Part shown: positions 31,892 through 32,000 of the stretch, piece after piece | How positions within the stretch are numbered: the stretch's first letter is position 1 | Layout of the letters: each line of letters begins with the position of its first letter | NCBI GenBank assembly: GCA_036734445.1 | Contig: DAIMYP010000003.1 | Span: forward strand, 63,854-95,853 | Length of the DNA stretch: 32,000 nucleotides | Reading direction: 5' to 3' | From: Tannerellaceae bacterium | Lineage (GTDB): Bacteria > Bacteroidota > Bacteroidia > Bacteroidales > Tannerellaceae | Program-made: the position numbers and the translations under genes | The notes under the pieces: generated by a model | What the model saw: the letters and a program-made list of their open reading frames with translations, nothing else | What the model was told of the DNA's origin: nothing | The model's database searches: none

Positions 31892-32000
31892 ATGAAGAGT
31901 CGTTCTGTTTGTTTTTTTATTTTATTTCTATTAGATTGCTTGCTGTTTGAAGGATATGCTCAGCGTGTTACCTCATTGTTGTATGGCGATATGGACAATT
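31892..32000 (+). CDS. secreted protein of unknown function, N-terminal 36 aa only (runs off the right edge)
   Basis: This ORF is truncated and absent from the track. My translation is MKSRSVCFFILFLLDCLLFEGYAQRVTSLLYGDMDN, which is signal-peptide-like. It starts 14 nt after the sulfotransferase stop. Confidence 0.45.
   Translation, partial: MKSRSVCFFILFLLDCLLFEGYAQRVTSLLYGDMDN

Overview
The window looks like a Bacteroidales (Bacteroidota) chromosomal segment. The evidence is a SusC/SusD pair, lipobox lipoproteins, and TAnnTTTG promoter boxes upstream of most transcription units. I found no rRNA, tRNA, CRISPR array, IS element or transposase. The genes read left to right as follows. (1) A truncated GH20 hexosaminidase, glyA, and a Gfo/Idh/MocA oxidoreductase. 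(2) An orphan secreted six-hairpin glycosidase-like protein whose 3' end overlaps a YczE-like membrane protein gene by 102 nt, next to a divergent LysR regulator. (3) A tight tetR-fabG-rluA unit that converges on topB. (4) A polysaccharide utilisation locus (PUL) gated by an ECF sigma factor and a FecR anti-sigma factor. It contains an STN-domain SusC, SusD, a GH63-like enzyme and a GH2 beta-galactosidase, with a convergent GH36 alpha-galactosidase. (5) The most interesting block is cysQ, an SLC13 permease, cysC, cysD, cysN and a sulfotransferase (25261-31877). This block makes PAPS, clears PAP and ends in a sulfotransferase, with no reductive sulfur genes nearby, so it looks like a metabolite-sulfonation island rather than cysteine biosynthesis. 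From memory it resembles the Bacteroides thetaiotaomicron steroid/cholesterol sulfonation locus, but I cannot confirm orthology without an alignment. The second notable signal is a conserved element, TTTTTC(G/A)GTAC, found upstream of the sigma, anti-sigma and susC genes. In two of the three copies it extends to TTTTTCGGTAC-N15-TTGTC, which is a candidate ECF-type promoter. All functional calls rest on motifs I recognised by eye in the supplied translations. No database search was possible.
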